IMG/VR virus record: IMGVR_UViG_2706795030_000004
Span: 1-64,000 of that record
Direction: 5' to 3' (one strand)
Source: a virus
Lineage: Duplodnaviria; Caudoviricetes
DNA length: 64,000 nucleotides
Shown here: positions 54,884-64,000 of the stretch, one piece after another
Layout: every line of letters starts with the position of its first letter
Position numbering within the stretch: the first letter of the stretch is position 1
Program-made: the position numbers and the translations under genes
The notes under the pieces: model-generated
Told to the model about the DNA's origin: nothing
Databases searched by the model: none
The model's input: the letters and a program-made list of their open reading frames with translations, nothing else

Positions 54884-57800
54884 GCGCATCCTCCATGTCG
54901 CGCAGTGTGCCATCGCCTCCAACCGGAAACACGGCACCAACGAGCCCCCGATAATCCTCCGGGATTATCGGGGCTCCGAGCGAGCCCACGAAGTCGATCT
55001 CGTCGTCGATGGCGAGGTCGTTGGCCGGTTCGTTTACCGACCGCACGAGCCGCTGAAATGCGGAGCACGCTTATGGATGGAAACGTCCAGTGATCGATTG
55101 GAGCTACGGCCCCATGTCCAATAAGTTCAATCGACCCCAACGCATCGTCGCCAACATCTATGCCGACGGCGAATTCGATCACGTCCAGCCCGACGAAATC
55201 CACGACGTCGGCGACACCCTGTTCACCTTCCTGATGATCGAGCTCTCGGAGGACGAGGGCTGTGACGACGCTGAAGAAGCGGCGCGCCGCGTGCGCGTTG
55301 CGATCAACGAGCTCGTCGCTGTTGAGGAGGCCCTCCTGTGACCGGCGTTTATCTACACCTCTTCCACGGCCGCAACGCGCCTGACGAACAGCTCGACGAC
55401 TGGGGGTTCGATGGGCCGACAATCGGTCCTCTCGACTATGTTCACGTCACCTACATGTGCGACATCAAGATCGCAGCGCATCTCGACGTCATTGAGGAGT
55501 TCTTTCCCGAGAAGTTCGCCGAGATGAAATCGTGGGCAGGCGGCCGTGAGCTGAGCGATATCCACCCCACCGACCACCACCTGCCCGTCGTCGACGGTCT
55601 CGTCGAGCACGATGGCAAATTCTACGGGGATTTTTCGGTCTTCGTGAAGGAGGAAGCATGAAGCTTTTCCGCGTCGAATGCCAAGTCGCCGCCACTGCCT
55701 ATGTGAAGGCGAACACCCCTGAAGAAGCCCGGGCCGCGGTTGTCGCCGAGGGCGAGATCGACACCGATTACGACGTGAGCGGTCTCCCCTTCGACCACGA
55801 GGATCTGCCGGACTTTTCGGTGTCACCTGCCATGACGATCGTCTCCGTCGACGACGACGTCGAGGAGGTCGAAGATGTCGACTGACAGCGCGACCTGGGT
55901 CTGCTTCACGAACGGCGAGATGGCTCTTCTCAAGGACTATCTCGAAGCCGGACGTCCCCTCACCGAGGACGAGACGTCGCTGCTGCTTAACCGCATCGAC
56001 ACTTATCTTAGCCCCGACGCCAAGGACCCGGCCTACCGGGCCGTCGCGGCCGAGCTCGATTTCGTCCGTGAAGGCGAGTGCGAGATCGATGACCACGCCG
56101 TGGTCTCGGTTAGCGACGACGGCGCCTATGTCATGGCGTGGGTTTGGGTGCCCAATGATCCCGAAGCGTGACCGCTGGAAGCACGACCGCCTACGCAAAT
56201 ACCACCGCAAGAAACTCAAACGGAGCGATCCGCTTGCCCTGAAATATTGGCGCTACTGGCACCTGTGTTTCGGTGGGCACGCGATGCTTTGGGCAGGAGT
56301 TGAAGAATGAAAATCACCCTCGATCGCAAGGCGCTTCGCGCGCTTGTCGATGATGACCCCGAATTCGAACTGGAACTGAAATCTGCTTTGCTCTCCGAGC
56401 TCGGCCGGCGGTTCTATGAGAAAGACGCACGCCGCCTACTTGAAGTGGCACAGCCGGAACTTCTTTCGGCGGTTATGCGCGCTGTTCAGGAAGACAGCGA
56501 TATCCAAGGAAAGATTGAGCACGCGCTGCAGGCCAGGCTCGTTCGCCGCAGCAGCGACTGGTATTCCCGCTTCCAGCCTTCTCCCGAAGTCAAGGCTGAG
56601 ATCCAGAAGCTGGTCGATGCTCATAAGAGCGCCGTCATCGACGACGCTGTCGCCCAGATCTCGAAAGCCTACTCCGACGCGATCGCGAAGGCAGTCGCTG
56701 ATGTAGACGTCGAAAGCCGGATCGAAAAGCGCGTCAATCGTCTCACCGACGAGGAGATCAACCGCCGGGCAAAGGAAATGTTCGACGCCAAGATGGCGGA
56801 GATGAAGGCGTTGCTGCCGTGATCTTCTACCGAACCAAAGACGAGAACGGCCGGATGATCATCGCCGGCACGCAGGCTGACGCTCGCGCTGTAAACAAGC
56901 AGTTCGAGCAGTTCGACATCCCGACCGATAAGGCCGGGCTGCTGGCGATCGCCCAAAGCTGGTGCGACGAGGTGTTCGAGCTGAACAAGCTGATGGACGA
57001 AATGCGCGCCGATCTCGAGGGGCGTGTTCCCGAACGGGAAGAAACTAGCACTGAACAGCCCCCGACCCCTTCAAATGTTCCCGAACGGGAAGAATTCGTG
57101 ACCGAGGTCAGACGCCAGATCTCGGTCGAAGAAGAAATCCAGAGCTGCGACCTGCCGCGGCTCGCTGTCCTCGCCCAGAATGTGGCGTGGCGCTTTGAGG
57201 AGCTGGCACGATGCCCGTCTTCACCATCCGTTACGACTTGACTGAACGCACAGTTCAGGAGGTCGACATAGAAGCCGACACCCTCGATGAGGCCAAGCGC
57301 ATCGTCGAGGAATACGAGTTCGACAACAGCGATCAGCGCGAAGTCACGTCCTACGAGTGGTCTCTCGATAATGTCCGCACCAAGGAGGATGACGACGCTC
57401 TCGCTGCGAAGTGGGCGGAGCGCGCGGCAGGCACATGGCATCCCGGTGATGAAGTTTAGTAGCGACTTCGCCCTCCTCGACGTCACCAAAGGCCGGCACA
57501 AGCTGGCAACCCACCTCAAGAAGCACGGCCCCGTCAAAGTCTTGATCGAGGCCGAGATCGAATACCCCTTCGGACACGACGACGGCACGTCGATCGAGTT
57601 CGTCTGCAAGGTGAACCGCCTTGAATTACCAAGTGACCATTGACCTTCGTGTCGATGACAAGAAATCCCTCTACTACGCCGCTCGTCAGAGCTATATGGA
57701 TGAACAGGGCGTTCACCCCGGGGATATCTTCGGGGACGAGAATGACGTCGACGTTACCGCGTGCCTCGTGCAGCTGCTCGACCCGTCGGTACTCCCTGGC

Positions 57801-58201
57801 GTGACGATCTACGAGTCGTCGGCGGAGCCCTACTGATGGGCGCCAACACATTTTACGTCACTGCCCGCCGCGGCACCTATTCCACCGGTGAACTCATCGA
57901 GTTCGCGCCTAACCAGTATCGTTCAGGATATGCGGATTGGCCGGACGCCAAGACGGCATTCGAACGGCTCTGCGACGAAGACCGCTACGAGAACGGCCAC
58001 AGCTACTCGGGTGGCATCGGCATGAAGCACAGCTTCGTGCTGATCGACACTGTCGACACTATCGCGGAAGCCCGTGATCTCGCCGAGAGGCTGATCGACG
58101 ACTGCGATCCTCGGGTGGACGATAAACGGGGGCCGGCAGGGCTCATCGAGGTCCGCGAGGGCGACGTCCAGTACCTCTTCTTCGGCTGGGCCTCCAGCTG
58201 A
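54858..58201 (+). other. Cluster of small coupled hypothetical ORFs
   Basis: 54858-55124 (PLKCGARLWMET family), 55114-55341, 55338-55661, 55658-55885 (acidic), 55875-56171, 56307-56822 (coiled coil), 56819-57241, 57211-57459, 57449-57643, 57621-57836, 57836-58201 (ends FFGWASS). Confidence 0.7.
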
Positions 58202-58206
58202 TCAGC

Positions 58207-58220
58207 TAGGAAATTTCCTA
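58207..58220. promoter_or_regulatory. TAGGAAATTTCCTA palindrome overlapping a start codon
   Basis: Perfect 14-bp palindrome; identical copy at 58651-58664 and 1-mismatch copy at 58693-58706. Confidence 0.6.
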
Positions 58221-59026
58221 TGACACTGCTGAATGACCTCCGCGCCCGCGCGGGGGTCCGCTCCTTGCTGTCTGACGAAGGCAGCAACCCCAAAGTCGCG
58301 AAGAACGAAAAACTGGGCGTTAGCACCGCCGTTCTGCACCTCGCCCCCGGTAATATGTCGGGGCGAGAGGTGTGTCCGAAGCGCTCGGCTGGCTGTACGG
58401 CGGCGTGTCTGCACTTCGCTGGATCTCCGGCCTATATGACGGCTAAAACCCAGGCTCGACTGAAGCGTACGCGGCTGTTTTTTGACGACCGTAACCTCTT
58501 CATGAACATTCTCGTTCTCGAGATTGCCGACCACGTGCGCCGAGCCGATAGGAAAAATCTTATCGCGGCAGTTCGCCTCAACGGAACCAGCGATATCGTG
58601 TGGGAACGCAAGAAATTCGTGCTTTTCCCCGATGTTAAGAAGGAACTCGCTAGGAAATTTCCTACTGCCAATTTGGAACAAAACGAGATCACTAGGATAT
58701 TTCCTACAGTCCAGTTTTATGATTACACTGCGATCCCCGGCCGCGACTCGCCGGAAAACTACCACCTCACGTTTTCCATGAAGGAGGACAATATGTTGGA
58801 CGTGATCGCAGAAATGAAACGCGGCCGAAATGTCGCCGTAGTGTTCCCTGTCGGGGAGGTGCCTAGCACTTTTCTTGGCCTCCCCGTGATCGACGGAGAC
58901 GAGACGGATTATCGTCCCGCAGATCCAAGCCCCTGTGTTGTTGGCCTGAAGGTTAAAGGGTTACGAGGCAAGGCCGATGACACGGGATTTGTGCACAAGT
59001 CGCACAGCGACTTGTTGGCTGCGTAG
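58220..59026 (+). CDS. Gene product 88 family protein (Cys-cluster, radical-SAM-like)
   Basis: VCPKRSAGCTAACL, VRLNGTSDIVWE, VQFYDYT, NYHLTFS, GRNVAVVF, IDGDETDYR, VGLKVKG. Confidence 0.82.
   Translation: MTLLNDLRARAGVRSLLSDEGSNPKVAKNEKLGVSTAVLHLAPGNMSGREVCPKRSAGCTAACLHFAGSPAYMTAKTQARLKRTRLFFDDRNLFMNILVLEIADHVRRADRKNLIAAVRLNGTSDIVWERKKFVLFPDVKKELARKFPTANLEQNEITRIFPTVQFYDYTAIPGRDSPENYHLTFSMKEDNMLDVIAEMKRGRNVAVVFPVGEVPSTFLGLPVIDGDETDYRPADPSPCVVGLKVKGLRGKADDTGFVHKSHSDLLAA
58997..59013. promoter_or_regulatory. AAGTCGC-N3-GCGACTT box (perfect)
   Basis: AAGTCGCACAGCGACTT within the last codons of the gp88-like gene. Confidence 0.8.
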
Positions 59027-59109
59027 CCTGCACCGAATTGTTTTTGTGGTAGCCCTTCGGGTCGGCTATGCCCTCCCCTTCACCAACCCGAAGGGCTGAG
59101 AAATTGTCA

Positions 59110-59349
59110 ATGAAACCTATTTCTGAAGGTGTGTTTTTTGATGTTCTGAGCGCCCTATTTGAGGAATGGCTCAAGACCGAGACCATCGCCCAAATTCGGG
59201 AAGATGAGGACAAGGTCCAGCTAATGCTCAAGGTGAGAGACGCCATCACAGAGCCTCCCCGACACATCGCGGAATTTTACTCGGGAGTATTCCTACGTGA
59301 CCACTGGGACAGTCACAGCTCTGGAGCGACGCCGGGCTCTTTTGAATGA
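59110..59349 (+). CDS. Hypothetical protein
   Basis: 79 aa; preceded by a 12-bp inverted repeat AGCCCTTCGGGT / ACCCGAAGGGCT. Confidence 0.55.
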   Translation: MKPISEGVFFDVLSALFEEWLKTETIAQIREDEDKVQLMLKVRDAITEPPRHIAEFYSGVFLRDHWDSHSSGATPGSFE

Positions 59350-59761
59350 GCGAGAAGAACAAATTCTCGCTCTCTTAAAGGAAAAAGCGTCCTTCAAGGC
59401 CATTAGTAGACTGGTCGGCATGCCGCTCGATCATTGCAAGGTCACCTGCTACGAAATCATCAAGAAGTATGACCTCGACTACAATTCCGCCGAGGCTGCG
59501 AAGATGGACCGGGACAAGTTGCCCGTCGGCATCACGTCCGATAGCAACTTGGTCCGTCATCGCCTTGCTGATCTCATGTACGAAGCGAGGGAGCGTGATC
59601 ATGCCTTGACGATCAGCATGGCCATCGGTCTGTCATCCAAGCAGCAACGCCTTGCGTCTGAGCGGCCGTATCGCCACAATTGGACGCTGGGCGAACTCGA
59701 GCGCTTTGCTCGGTATCTCAACGTGCCGTTTGCAGATTTCTGTCGAAAGATATTCTCTTGA
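59342..59761 (+). CDS. Putative HTH transcriptional regulator
   Basis: QILALLKEKASFKAISRLVGMP HTH-like N-terminus and WTLGELERFARYLNV XRE-like C-terminus; start uncertain (TTG 59342 or GTG 59297). Confidence 0.55.
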   Translation: MNEREEQILALLKEKASFKAISRLVGMPLDHCKVTCYEIIKKYDLDYNSAEAAKMDRDKLPVGITSDSNLVRHRLADLMYEARERDHALTISMAIGLSSKQQRLASERPYRHNWTLGELERFARYLNVPFADFCRKIFS

Positions 59762-59920
59762 CGAAAGAATATTTTACAATCGTCTCCAGACTAAACCGGG
59801 CTGGCCCGGGAAACCCCCTTGTCGAACGCGTAGCCCGCGACCAGCTTCGAGAGCTGGCCGCCCGCACCAACTCTACGGCGCTGCGAAACCGCATTTCGGC
59901 GGTGCTGTCACAACCTCATC

Positions 59921-59937
59921 AAGTCGCTGTGTGACTT
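59921..59937. promoter_or_regulatory. AAGTCGC-N3-GCGACTT box (1 mismatch)
   Basis: AAGTCGCTGTGTGACTT overlapping the stop of small ORF 59758-59934. Confidence 0.75.
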
Positions 59938-60007
59938 CTGTTTCAACTGAGGCAATCGCTTCGGGTAGGTATTAGACGGGTGATCCCCTTTTCATCAGGA
60001 GATCATC

Positions 60008-60630
60008 ATGTCCGACCGAGAGTCGATAGCCTATTGGCTTGAACGGCTCGCCGACAAGCACGAGGCTCGCGGCGAAACTGACCTCGAAAACCGACACTAC
60101 CACCGCGGCACCGCGATCATTTATCGCGCCCGCGCCAACGACATTCGTGCAGAGATCGATGTCGCGAATTAGCGCCGAGGAGCGCGGTGCAATTCTGAAA
60201 GCGCTGGAATGGGCCACCCCTGAGGTGGCCGCCCAGTGCTTCGGCAGATCGATTCTGACGATCAGGCGCCTGGAAAGGGCGAACCACAATGATAGATCCA
60301 ATCAAGGTGAAGGAAGCGCAGAAGCGCGACCGTGCTGAACTCGCTTACGCCTCACGTCGCGTAAAGGCCGCCGACGCGCTGCTCTGGTTCAATGAGTATG
60401 CTTCTCCAGAAAAGCATATCGACGCCGTGCTCCGCGGCGGGCCGACGCTCGTTGCAAGCAGCACGCCAAACGCCGCGCTGGCTCTCTGGTACATCTCGCA
60501 GGCCGCACAGCGGGCTCTGCCGGGCATTCTTGAGGATGCGATCGAAATGGCCAAACGCGATTTTGACGACTCCCCGCGACGTGCGGCTCTCCGCGAGATG
60601 GTGAAGTTGGACGAGGAGCTAGGGCTGTGA
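60008..60630 (+). other. Three small hypothetical ORFs
   Basis: 60008-60172, 60159-60338 (HTH-like), 60289-60630. Confidence 0.6.
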
Positions 60631-61160
60631 TCGAGTTCGCCTGTTCCACGCCAACCATCGACATCCCCCCGCAGCCAAACGGTCCCGCACTCTGGGACGC
60701 CATCCTGGCTGAAATGCCTGCCGGAGCGATTGTCGCTGGCGGTGCGGTTCGCGACTACCTGCTCGGAGTGAACCCGAAGGACATCGACGTGTTCGTCAAT
60801 GTCGACCGCTTCACGAATCCGGCTGGGTTCGAAGCGCTCGGCTCCGACAAGGATGCCGAATATGACGCCATGAACGAGATCGCGCTTGTCACGCGCGGGG
60901 TCATCGCCGGCTACCAAGTCGATCTGATAGGCGTCACGTTCGCCGACACCCACGATATGGTCGAACGCTTCGACTTCGGTGTCGCCCGTTGCTGGTATGA
61001 CGGCGAAATCCACGACACGCCGGAGGCTGCTGCTGATCGCGCGAACAAGACCGTGACCCTTTTCCTCGACGACCGGCTCGAACGAAGCCGCGCCCGCTTC
61101 GCGCGCTTTAATGAGCGCATGGGGGGCGACTGGAGATTGATCGATGACTTTCAAATATAG
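60627..61160 (+). CDS. Pol-beta superfamily nucleotidyltransferase (CCA-adding / poly(A) polymerase head-like)
   Basis: IVAGGAVRDYLLGVNPKDIDVFV and VERFDF motifs. Confidence 0.85.
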   Translation: MIEFACSTPTIDIPPQPNGPALWDAILAEMPAGAIVAGGAVRDYLLGVNPKDIDVFVNVDRFTNPAGFEALGSDKDAEYDAMNEIALVTRGVIAGYQVDLIGVTFADTHDMVERFDFGVARCWYDGEIHDTPEAAADRANKTVTLFLDDRLERSRARFARFNERMGGDWRLIDDFQI

Positions 61161-61857
61161 CCTGGTCTCCGACCTGCACCTCGACCACCCCCAACCCAAG
61201 ACCCCACCGCTCGAGCAGAACGTGATCGTGGCCGGCGACTGCGGCAACGGCCTCGTCGGCCTCAAATATCTGAACAAGCTGAAGCGCAAGGGTCACTTCG
61301 TTTTCGCGGTCGACGGCAACCACGAGCACTACGCCAATGTGGCGCAGGGGCGGTCTGTCGAGGAGACTGAGAAGGGTTTTTACGAAGGCCTGGACCAGAG
61401 AACCAGCATCGACCTTGCTCTCGGGAGCCTCTGTCTGATTGGCGCGAACGGTTGGTATTGTGTCACGGACGAGCCCTATTGGCGCAGCTACATGAACGAC
61501 AGCCGGTTCATCGGCATTAACGCCGAGCAGGCAAACGCGCTTGCGCTGCGGGACGCCAAATTCATTGACCGGGCACTGACCGTTGTCAAACGGGCTATCG
61601 TCGTCACCCACACCGCCCCGACGACGGCGTCGCTCGATCCGCGCTTCAAGGGCCACTTCTCGAACGAGTGGTATTGGAACCCGCACATGAGGCCTCTGCT
61701 GGCAAAGCACCGGGACAAGATAGCGGTCTGGCACCACGGCCACACTCACGCTCCGGTCGATGTCGTCGTCGACGGTGTCCGCATCGTGACGAACCCGCGT
61801 GGCTATCCGGGCGAGAACCCCGGCTGGACGCCGTTGACGATGGAGATCGAGACGTGA
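61144..61857 (+). CDS. Calcineurin-like metallophosphoesterase
   Basis: SDLH, VAGD, GNHEHY, VTHTAP, HGHTH, NPRGY. Confidence 0.9.
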   Translation: MTFKYSLVSDLHLDHPQPKTPPLEQNVIVAGDCGNGLVGLKYLNKLKRKGHFVFAVDGNHEHYANVAQGRSVEETEKGFYEGLDQRTSIDLALGSLCLIGANGWYCVTDEPYWRSYMNDSRFIGINAEQANALALRDAKFIDRALTVVKRAIVVTHTAPTTASLDPRFKGHFSNEWYWNPHMRPLLAKHRDKIAVWHHGHTHAPVDVVVDGVRIVTNPRGYPGENPGWTPLTMEIET

Positions 61858-62479
61858 TGAACGATGAGCCCGAACGCATCGACCTGTCTTCCCCCGAAGA
61901 CGTCCTGATCGAGGTCATTGCCGATGAAAGCCCCTACGAACGTCGGGACTGGAAAGGCTTCAAGATCGATACCTGCACGGTTATCGGCGGCAAGGACGGC
62001 GTTACCGGCGCAGCAAGCTACGAGCAGTCCTACGGCGGTTTCCTCGACTATGTGCTGGAAGACATCGTCGACTGTCCCAAGCAGGAGGGCTGGTTTGTCG
62101 TCGAGGGCGTTACGGCTGAATTCTACAAAGGCGACGGATGGGCGACCGACGATAACATTGATTTTGAGTGTGTTGGCATTCGCCCTGCGACGGACGAGGA
62201 AAGGGCAATGGCATGATCCCTGTCAAATACGACCCCTCCTATCCGCACTTCGGGCTCGCCGCAGGTCCGGTCAAGCACCCACAGCACCCTAATCAGCAGG
62301 CGGGGCTGGACCTCTACGTGACCGTCATCAATTTTGCGACAGGCCAGTCCTGCTTCAAAAAGCTCTACGAAAATAGACGTGGAATGTATTTCAAGCACAT
62401 AGGATACAGTCCGACCTACCTTGCGGACATGACAGCCGACGCGACCGTTCACCCCTTCCGGGTGGAGTTTGCGTCGTGA
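61857..62479 (+). other. Two small hypothetical ORFs
   Basis: 61857-62216 (acidic) and 62213-62479, with overlapping start/stop codons. Confidence 0.65.
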
Positions 62480-62688
62480 TCGACGCTGACCACGTCCAGA
62501 TCGAAATCTGGCCTCCCCGCCCGAAGGGAGGCCAGCACGCTGGCCCTGGCCCGTCTGGGGTCAAAGTCACCCACACCCTGAGCGGCATCACGGCCTGCGT
62601 CGACATCGGCCGCTCTCAATTTGATAATAGATCGATTGCGATGGACATGATCCTGAGCGCGATCACGCATCCGAGGTTCAGATTATGA
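62476..62688 (+). CDS. Stand-alone class I release-factor catalytic (GGQ) domain, 70 aa
   Basis: GGQH...SGVKVTH..SGI.....RSQ..NR..AM..I aligns with RF1/RF2 domain 3 (GGQHVN.TDSAVRITH.PTGI.....RSQH.N...AM..L); GGQ codons at 62527-62535. Confidence 0.85.
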   Translation: MIDADHVQIEIWPPRPKGGQHAGPGPSGVKVTHTLSGITACVDIGRSQFDNRSIAMDMILSAITHPRFRL

Positions 62689-64000
62689 ATATTACCCCTG
62701 AAATGTTTCGTGCCTACGTAAATCGCATCGACGACGATGAACTGGCGGACTTTATCGACGCGATTAATGGCGAGATCAAATTGCTGGAGCAGGACGACTT
62801 CTTCGGCACCGAGGGCTTCGAGAAGCGGTTCGCATGAGCGTCCTCGACCCCGAAATCGACAAGCTGACCAACTGCTGGATACCGAACCTACCCAAGGCCC
62901 ACGAGAAGAGCGTGGTCCTGGGCTCGGCTCGGGTCCTTTATCCGGTGGCCGACCCCGAGCAGACCGCAGCAATATTGGCCGAACACATCCTCGAAGTCGC
63001 TCGGCGCGCCTACCAGCAGGGCAGGCGCGCTGCGAAGGAGGAAATCAGAAAGGCCCTTTTCAATGGGCAACACCTTTGAGGTCCGCGGATGGACCGGCAC
63101 CGAGTACGCGGAACTGTATCTCGGCGAGAGCTTGCTCCTCGCCCTTTGCGTTGCCCTGCGAGCGCGCCGGCACTACGGCTGTGTCAAATTGGAGATGCGT
63201 CAATGAAATGGCTTGCGGGACTAATCCGGCGGTTAGCAGAGCCTGCGCCGTCGGTAAAATTCATCTCCTGGTATCAGGAGCCGAGGGCATATCGACCTCG
63301 CACCTTCCTCTGCTACAACGAGGGAAGTGACCACAGCCCCTCAATGCGCGGCTACTGGTATTCACCGGATCAAGGCTTGGCCAAGCGCTTCGACACGCGC
63401 GAGGAAGCTGAGGCCGTAACGCCCTGTTACGACGGCAGTGGCGGCATCGAAAAGCGAACCGGCGTGATGGCAGTTTATAGCTGATGAGCGTCGTCACAGG
63501 CGTTTGCCTGTTCACCGGACCCGCCGAGGACCCGCGCTTGATCAAAGCCGTGACCGATTGGCTCGCCAAGAGGAATTTTGGGCCTCTGAAGGATGTCGCG
63601 GATCATGGCGGGGGCACCAAGCATCCGCAACGGCGCGAATACAGCGCCGGCTACAACTACTTTGTCAATCCGGCCGAGTTTGCGGAATTTGTCCTCGGTT
63701 TGGAATGGGACTGGCCGGAGAATGTCGTGCTAATTACCCAGCCGGAGCACGGCCGGATGAGCGTGTGGAGACGGACATGACCCACCCCAAAGTGCTGGCG
63801 ATGGCGCGGGAGATTGCCGCGAACGAGCACGGCGTCGAGGCGCTGCGAGAGGCCTATCTCGACGGGACGCGAGACGATCAGCGCGAGGTTCGTGTCGCGA
63901 TCGTCGCGATCGAACGCACCACCGAGCTCGCCGAAGATTGGCTACGCCACGACCTCGACGAGTGGTCCGACTATGTCACACCTGCCGATCTCGCCGACGC
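62685..64000 (+). other. Cluster of small hypothetical ORFs, last one truncated by the window edge
   Basis: 62685-62837 (acidic, EQDDFFGTEG), 62834-63079, 63063-63206, 63203-63484, 63484-63780, 63777 to >64000. Confidence 0.65.

Noticed and set aside
57452-57468. AAGTTTA-GTA-GCGACTT as another palindromic box
   Set aside because: Three left-arm mismatches, lies within a coding start (MKFSSDF), and no 64-65 nt spacing to a start.
1-64000. CRISPR arrays, tRNA/rRNA genes, IS elements, att sites
   Set aside because: No regularly spaced repeat-spacer array, cloverleaf with T-loop consensus, transposase or att core was recognised by eye; tRNAscan-SE, Infernal and flanking sequence would be needed to exclude them formally.

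Overview
The whole window is GC-rich temperate-siphovirus DNA with no host flank visible; an alphaproteobacterial host is my inference only. Left to right it holds an intact P4-type tyrosine integrase, a lysis cassette (minus strand: holin, GH108 endolysin, i-/o-spanins), and a short plus-strand operon (SbcC/Rad50-like ATPase, HTH protein, dNTP diphosphohydrolase). Next comes a complete lambda-like morphogenesis module on the minus strand: GpA-type terminase, portal, protease/scaffold, decoration, capsid, neck, tail chaperones, tube, distal tail, tape measure, L/K/I-like tip proteins and a 2757-aa J-like fibre with six repeated beta-sandwich modules. This is followed by an HNH-AP2 endonuclease, a Prim-Pol/SF3 helicase and about 25 kb of small plus-strand early genes (rIIA/rIIB, WYL, DUF2958, gp88-like, nucleotidyltransferase, phosphoesterase). 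The most unusual items are: (1) a stand-alone 70-aa GGQ release-factor catalytic domain near a CCA-type nucleotidyltransferase/phosphoesterase pair, a possible RNA-repair/ribosome-rescue kit; (2) two phage-specific promoter codes at fixed distances from start codons (AAGTCGC-N3-GCGACTT at 64-65 nt; TAATTC[AC]CCC at 51-55 nt); (3) a 66-bp inverted-repeat element enclosing a perfect 19-1-19 palindrome and a (TC)10 tract; (4) a 1.13-kb zone lacking GATC and TCGA; (5) an expanded CGTxACxxGH putative metal-binding domain family. All family assignments come from motif recognition and synteny, not database searches.
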